Assembly (NCBI RefSeq): GCF_046119375.1
Contig: NW_027362769.1
Coordinates: 366,482,001-366,546,000, forward strand
DNA length: 64,000 nucleotides
From: Phyllobates terribilis
Taxonomy: Eukaryota
Direction of reading: 5' to 3'
Part shown: in pieces, positions 59,302 through 64,000 of the stretch
How positions within the stretch are numbered: the first letter of the stretch is position 1
How the letters are laid out: each line of letters begins with the position of its first letter
The notes under the pieces: model-generated
What the model saw: only the letters and a program-made list of their open reading frames with translations
Database searches by the model: none
What the model was told of the DNA's origin: nothing
Program-made: the position numbers and the translations under genes

Positions 59302-61870
59302 TTATCATTGGATGGATCTGAAGCCGCCAATGGAGAGCAGACGTGTGGAAACACCAATAAGACGCAGCGGGCGCAGCTTACACAGGTCACCTGACTTTTT
59401 GTCCATGAGTTTGAAGTTCCCGCTCAGTGGCTGATGGCTTTTCTGTTCTTTGTCCCCATATAACACGAGGTTCTATGACCGACTTATATTGGTCGTTTAC
59501 ATCCCATACAGGAGTCTGGAGATTTTAGTTGAGCAGTCTCCGCTTTCTATAATACAAGACCCGGGGTCAGGGATGCTTCGGTTTCCTTTCATAGATATAT
59601 AGAGTGAATCAGCCAAAAGCTGTGATGTGCCCCGTGTGTCTGACCTCCCTTTATACGATATACTAGCCAGGGACGCATCCTACATGCGATATTTCAGGGA
59701 AGACCAATTCTGCTTTGACCCACCATATCCCCCCGATCATCTCCCCAGTAGTTTAATCCAGTAATTCATGTACAGATCAATTGTACAGCTACAGGGAGGA
59801 AGTGTGTGACAGGACATGTACGATCATGTATTGCAGATTGCTCAGAAAATTACACTGTTGTCCGGATCCCATAGGTCAGACATGCAGTTAGGTTATCGGT
59901 CATCACACCCTCACAGGAGCTTTATTCCTTTTCTATAGATTCCTGCTCCGTTACTGCTCGTTCTTCTGCTCTTTCACTTGTCCTCCTCCCCTTTATCCAG
60001 TGTCAGGACGGGCGGCTCTCGGGCAATATATCCACATGTAGAAGCTCCAAGAATGAAGAGTAGAACAATGAATCCCTTGTTAAGAGGAGAAATATCCCAA
60101 TACAATCTCTAGATAACTTCCTCTAATACCAGATGTAGCGATGTATAACGAATATAGGGGATCTCGGTGACACATTGAGAAAACAAACAATAAGACTCAG
60201 ATCTGAGCATCAATCTCCATCTGTATAATAACAACGATGAAAATAGTAAGTCCATAAAAGATCAGAGGACTTTAGTAGTCTGGAAAGAAAAGTGTTAATA
60301 TACTATAAGATGAAATCACTGCGGAAGTGCGGAGAGCTCCGATCACCAATCTGATTGTAAGAAGATGAAGTCTCCCCGGGGAGAAGTGGCCTCTGTGCTG
60401 TCAGTGCAGCTGCCGCCTCTTACAGGTTGTTGTTCCTGCAGGATATGGGGAGATATTAGCGGCTGGGCTCAATCAGGAAGACGGATGAGATGAGATCTTG
60501 GTTCTGGATCCTTTTCTATCATTATATGTATAATAAATTATGTTTCTAATGCAGATTGTAGAGAATAAATGATACAGCAGAAACATGGACAGCAGTAAGA
60601 AGTTTCTGACATTTGCAATCTGTCACCAAGTCATAACTCTGCAGCAATGTCATACATGATAGATACCTCTGTGCACACAGTACATAGCTCTCTGTGCTGC
60701 GATTACTACACAGCAGAAATCCTATCATACTGCAGTCAGATGAATGTGTTGATCTTGATATTAACAGGATCAGATACGATTGTGTTGTAGAGGCAGCGAA
60801 TACTCGCAGGGAATGTGTCCGTATGAGGCAGCTGGATGGACGCCCTGTGTAGCCGGAATACGGACGTCTGTGTGATGACCGCGTCCTGGGCACTGGAGTC
60901 TCGGATGGATGGCGGCCTCAAAAGGTTAATAACCTCCCAGAATAATAACAAGGCCGGCACATCCTCCACCTGCCGATCAGGAGAACGATCACATTTGTTC
61001 GGGGGCAGACCGCTCTGGAGGAGAGGACCCTGTATTCTCAGCGGGGTAGAGCTGCCCCCAGACCGGATTGCTCAAATTGCGATCTCCGCTATTAACAGGA
61101 GTCGTTAATAAATAATCCGGAGGACAAAGAACAACGATTGAGCGGGAATTTCAAAATCACCAACGGATCTGTGATCAGCCAATGACTGGCAGACATCCTC
61201 AGGCACCGACCAATACCGGATACAAGTATTTCCTCCATTTAACTCCTCAGTGGCCGTGTGTCTGCTTATTCACCCCTGAATTATACTGGTGCCTTGTCTG
61301 CTCCCCCAGCCCATGCTGAGTTCGGTCCCACTCATCCATTATGTGGCAGATGATAAATACAAACTATCTTGGGATGAACAACTGGATTCTGATACATGAG
61401 ATCTTCAGGATCAGACCCGTGCGGGTGATAGGGGAGAGCGAGTGTTCACAGGAAATGTCCCAGCTGTAGATGGACGCCGTGTAATGACCGGGTCCTGTGC
61501 ACTAAGACCCCGGCATAACACCCATCAGGCTGCTGGTAGATTATGTGAGGATATGGTCTCACTATCCATATTTGTAAGCCAAACCAGGAGAGTGATAAAT
61601 GCAGAATATATGCACTGGTATGTATTATACCTTTTCTCTGATTGCTCCTCATCTGGTTTTGGCTTCCAAATACTCAAGAAAAAGACTGACAAAATACTGA
61701 TCGTGTGACAGTAGCATTATTCGGTCTGTGGTAGGATCGGCGGGGACAATAGCGCCACAGATATTAAAGAGCTGTAGAGGATAATACGTGACTGGTGTAA
61801 TATCTAATGTCTGTACTCATGGTGTAATGTGCACTAGTTACATATTAGCCTGTATGTGGTATAATATATA

Positions 61871-63106
61871 TGACGCGCCCCCTGGGCCAGTGCTGTTTGG
61901 GGATTACCCGGATCAGATGGGGATTGTAGTCTCTGAGTGGCGGCGACCCGGTCCGTGCCCAGGGTGTCAAACTCAGTGTGTGGCAGTCTTGATAGATGTT
62001 ATTGGTGTTCTTAGTGTCGACTACGCCACCCGTTGATTTGCGGTCAAAAGGCCGCCGCTGCAGAAGGGTCCGCTGAGGCTGGTGGTATGTGTGCCGCTGT
62101 GGTAGTATAACCCCCAACGGGAGGGGTATAGCCTCAGGGGGTCAGATGTAGAGGATGGTGGTTGTGAAGGTGCAGGAGAGCTAAGCAAGAAGACTCAGTC
62201 GGGCTGTGCAGTTCAGGGGTTTTTACTTACGGGTGTTCTTATGGTCACTCTGGCCTGAAGCGACCACCCGAGCTGTGCTGTGTCCACCAGGTCCTGGACT
62301 CGGCCAACCCCCAAGCAATTCTGGAGCGTGGTCCTGAGCTCCTGTCTGACTTTCCCTCTCTTCTGGCCGTTCTCACTAGGGATCCACTTATGTCCGGCTC
62401 CCTCGGGTCTCTTGGTGGGTACACCTCTTCTGGGTTCCCTGACCCTATACTTGGTATGCCTTCCTAGTGGATTTAGTGAGGGTCGTGGCAGATCCTGCCC
62501 ACGACCTCCGGTCTCTGGCTAAGGTGTGCTTTTCTCTCTGCCAGCTTGGGATCCGGTACCCTGGGTGCCAACCCTTCACCCTGCTGTTTGTATTCTGGGG
62601 TCTTGGGGTTCCTTCTTCTTCTCTCTGGGTCCTTCTGACTCCTCTCTCTCTCTCTCTCAGACTTGGCCTTGGAGCTGGGCCCAGCCGGAACCACAACTCC
62701 CTGTCAGCCCTTCTGGCTGAGCTTCTCTGCTCTGCTCCTCTGACTCACTCTACAAAAGACTGACCCTGATCTAAGATGGTGCCCACCTTATATACTCCCT
62801 CTATGTGTGAGCTCAGGTGACCAGCACCCAATGAGCTCCTAGCATTACCCAGACTGCTCCCCCTATCTGCCCCTACACTACTGGGATGTTCCACCCCCCT
62901 CCCACTCCAGCCAGGGACAGACACTATCGTACCTGCACATATATTGGTGGGAGTACCGTCGATCTGTCCCCCGGAAATGGGATGTATGTAGTGTATGCAG
63001 CTATCTGAGCTCAGTTCCACACTCCATCCTTACCCGGGAGTGGAATACCACACCTCTGGCTTGAGGTGTAATACCCCTGTAGCAGCCGAGTCCTCAGGGT
63101 GCTACA
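61871..63106 (-). repeat. 3' LTR of element E (1236 bp)
   Basis: TG...CA ends adjacent to the PPT. Confidence 0.88.
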
Positions 63107-63572
63107 TTCCCCCCTGGTAAATCACAGCACGTCCTCGGGCTGTAAGAGAACATAAACATCCACAAACATACATTTTTTTTCATAAAACATAAACATATAA
63201 AACATCATATATTATCAGCATAAACTTTTCATATAAAGCTTTTCATAAATAACACTCTTGTTCCTCCGGCCACGGTGCAACTTGTGACCGGGTAAAGTGC
63301 GACAGTCTCTTGTAGTAAAAACAACAGTTTCCTATAAACCGGTAGGGGGCGCCTTAGAAAGCGCAACTATATACAAGGGAAGGTATGGCCGCTCTCAGTC
63401 CTCGGCCAGGTATCAGGAAAGGAATGACCGCTCTCAGTCCTCGGTCAGTGGGAATAGGGACACACGGGTTTCAGTTCAATTTGCTGGTCCCAACGGGGAC
63501 TATATTTTAACTAGCAGCAGTAACAGTTCTTATACCCTGACGGCTAACTATATACAGTCTCTTTACCGTACT

Positions 63573-63998
63573 TTAATGACGGCGTACTCCTGCTCCTCTT
63601 TCAGACCCGTCCGGATCCTCTTGCTCCTCTTCACACCGTAGCTCCTCCTCCGTCAGCCGGTGTACATGGAGGGCGTAGGGTCCTTTGGCACACTTGTGCC
63701 GGGTGAACGTGACCTCGTCCCCTACATATAGGTCACGACCTCTGTGTCCCTCCGGCAGATGGGACTCCACGTCTCTGCGGGTGACAAAGACGTCGCCGGG
63801 GGTGTGATGATCCCTGATGAAACCCCAACCGTGCTGCAGTTGGAATTTAATTACAGTCCCGGTGGCACGGGGACCGTGGGCTGCACGGGGGTTCCTCCTG
63901 GTCCTGCTCTTCTGCCTTGCGCTCTGTTCCTGCAGCCGCTGCTCTCGGACCCGCCTCTCTCTTCGCTCGCGGTCAAAGACCTCTAACTGCTGCCGGCA
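63573..63998 (-). CDS. Cold-shock-domain (Y-box-like OB fold) ORF inside element E; 5' end outside the window
   Basis: Frame open from the window edge: CRQQLEVFDRERRERRVREQRLQEQSARQKSRTRRNPRAAHGPRATGTVIKFQLQHGWGFIRDHHTPGDVFVTRRDVESHLPEGHRGRDLYVGDEVTFTRHKCAKGPYALHVHRLTEEE...*; RNP1-like GWGFI and RNP2-like DVFV. Confidence 0.82.
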   Translation of the reverse strand, partial: CRQQLEVFDRERRERRVREQRLQEQSARQKSRTRRNPRAAHGPRATGTVIKFQLQHGWGFIRDHHTPGDVFVTRRDVESHLPEGHRGRDLYVGDEVTFTRHKCAKGPYALHVHRLTEEELRCEEEQEDPDGSERGAGVRRH

Positions 63999-64000
63999 GC

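Larger units (their letters stand above)
61871..64000 (-). mobile_element. 3' end of Ty3/Gypsy element E (related to B and D); continues beyond right window edge
   Basis: LTR 61871-63106 (TGACGCGCCCCCTGGG...GGGTGCTACA) shares blocks with the LTR of B; PPT TTACCAGGGGGGAA at 63107-63120 on minus strand; flanked by TATA. Confidence 0.88.

Noticed and set aside
59600-61870. Possible degenerate H2B or another gene upstream of H2A
   Set aside because: No histone-fold peptide and no stem-loop found on either strand by eye.

Overview
Eukaryotic, intron-free, repeat-dense DNA: a replication-dependent histone gene cluster heavily invaded by transposons. The histone sequences and repeat families suggest a frog (inference). 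Histone content: one intact unit, H1(+) 53253, H3.2(+) 55221, H4(+) 57571 and H2A(-) 58828, each with a 3' stem-loop. A deleted/rearranged unit at 42.0-45.7 kb holds an H2A fragment fused to an H1 fragment, an intact H4 and a decapitated H2A. A divergent H4 at 14.2-14.6 kb has its 3' processing signal cut by an LTR element. No H2B was found. Transposons: five Ty3/Gypsy LTR elements (A-E), of which A, B and C at 1-14.2 kb form a nested chain (A inside B, B apparently inside the first 4 bp of C's LTR, C in the H4 3' end). Also present are two CR1 LINEs, an L2 3' end, Penelope-like elements (one with a hammerhead ribozyme), three non-autonomous Helitrons filled with a palindromic 67-bp CCAAT satellite (two within a 6-kb tandem duplication), an hAT end, MITEs and minisatellites. 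Most notable: (1) a cold-shock-domain (Y-box-like) ORF in the 3' region of Gypsy element E, with a homologous remnant in element D; (2) a 16 x 37-bp minisatellite built from the H1 cleavage site plus the U7 snRNA-binding element; (3) self-priming signatures in both chromoviruses; (4) a copy of the tRNA-Ser primer site inside three diverged LTRs. All coordinates were read by eye; no database searches were run.
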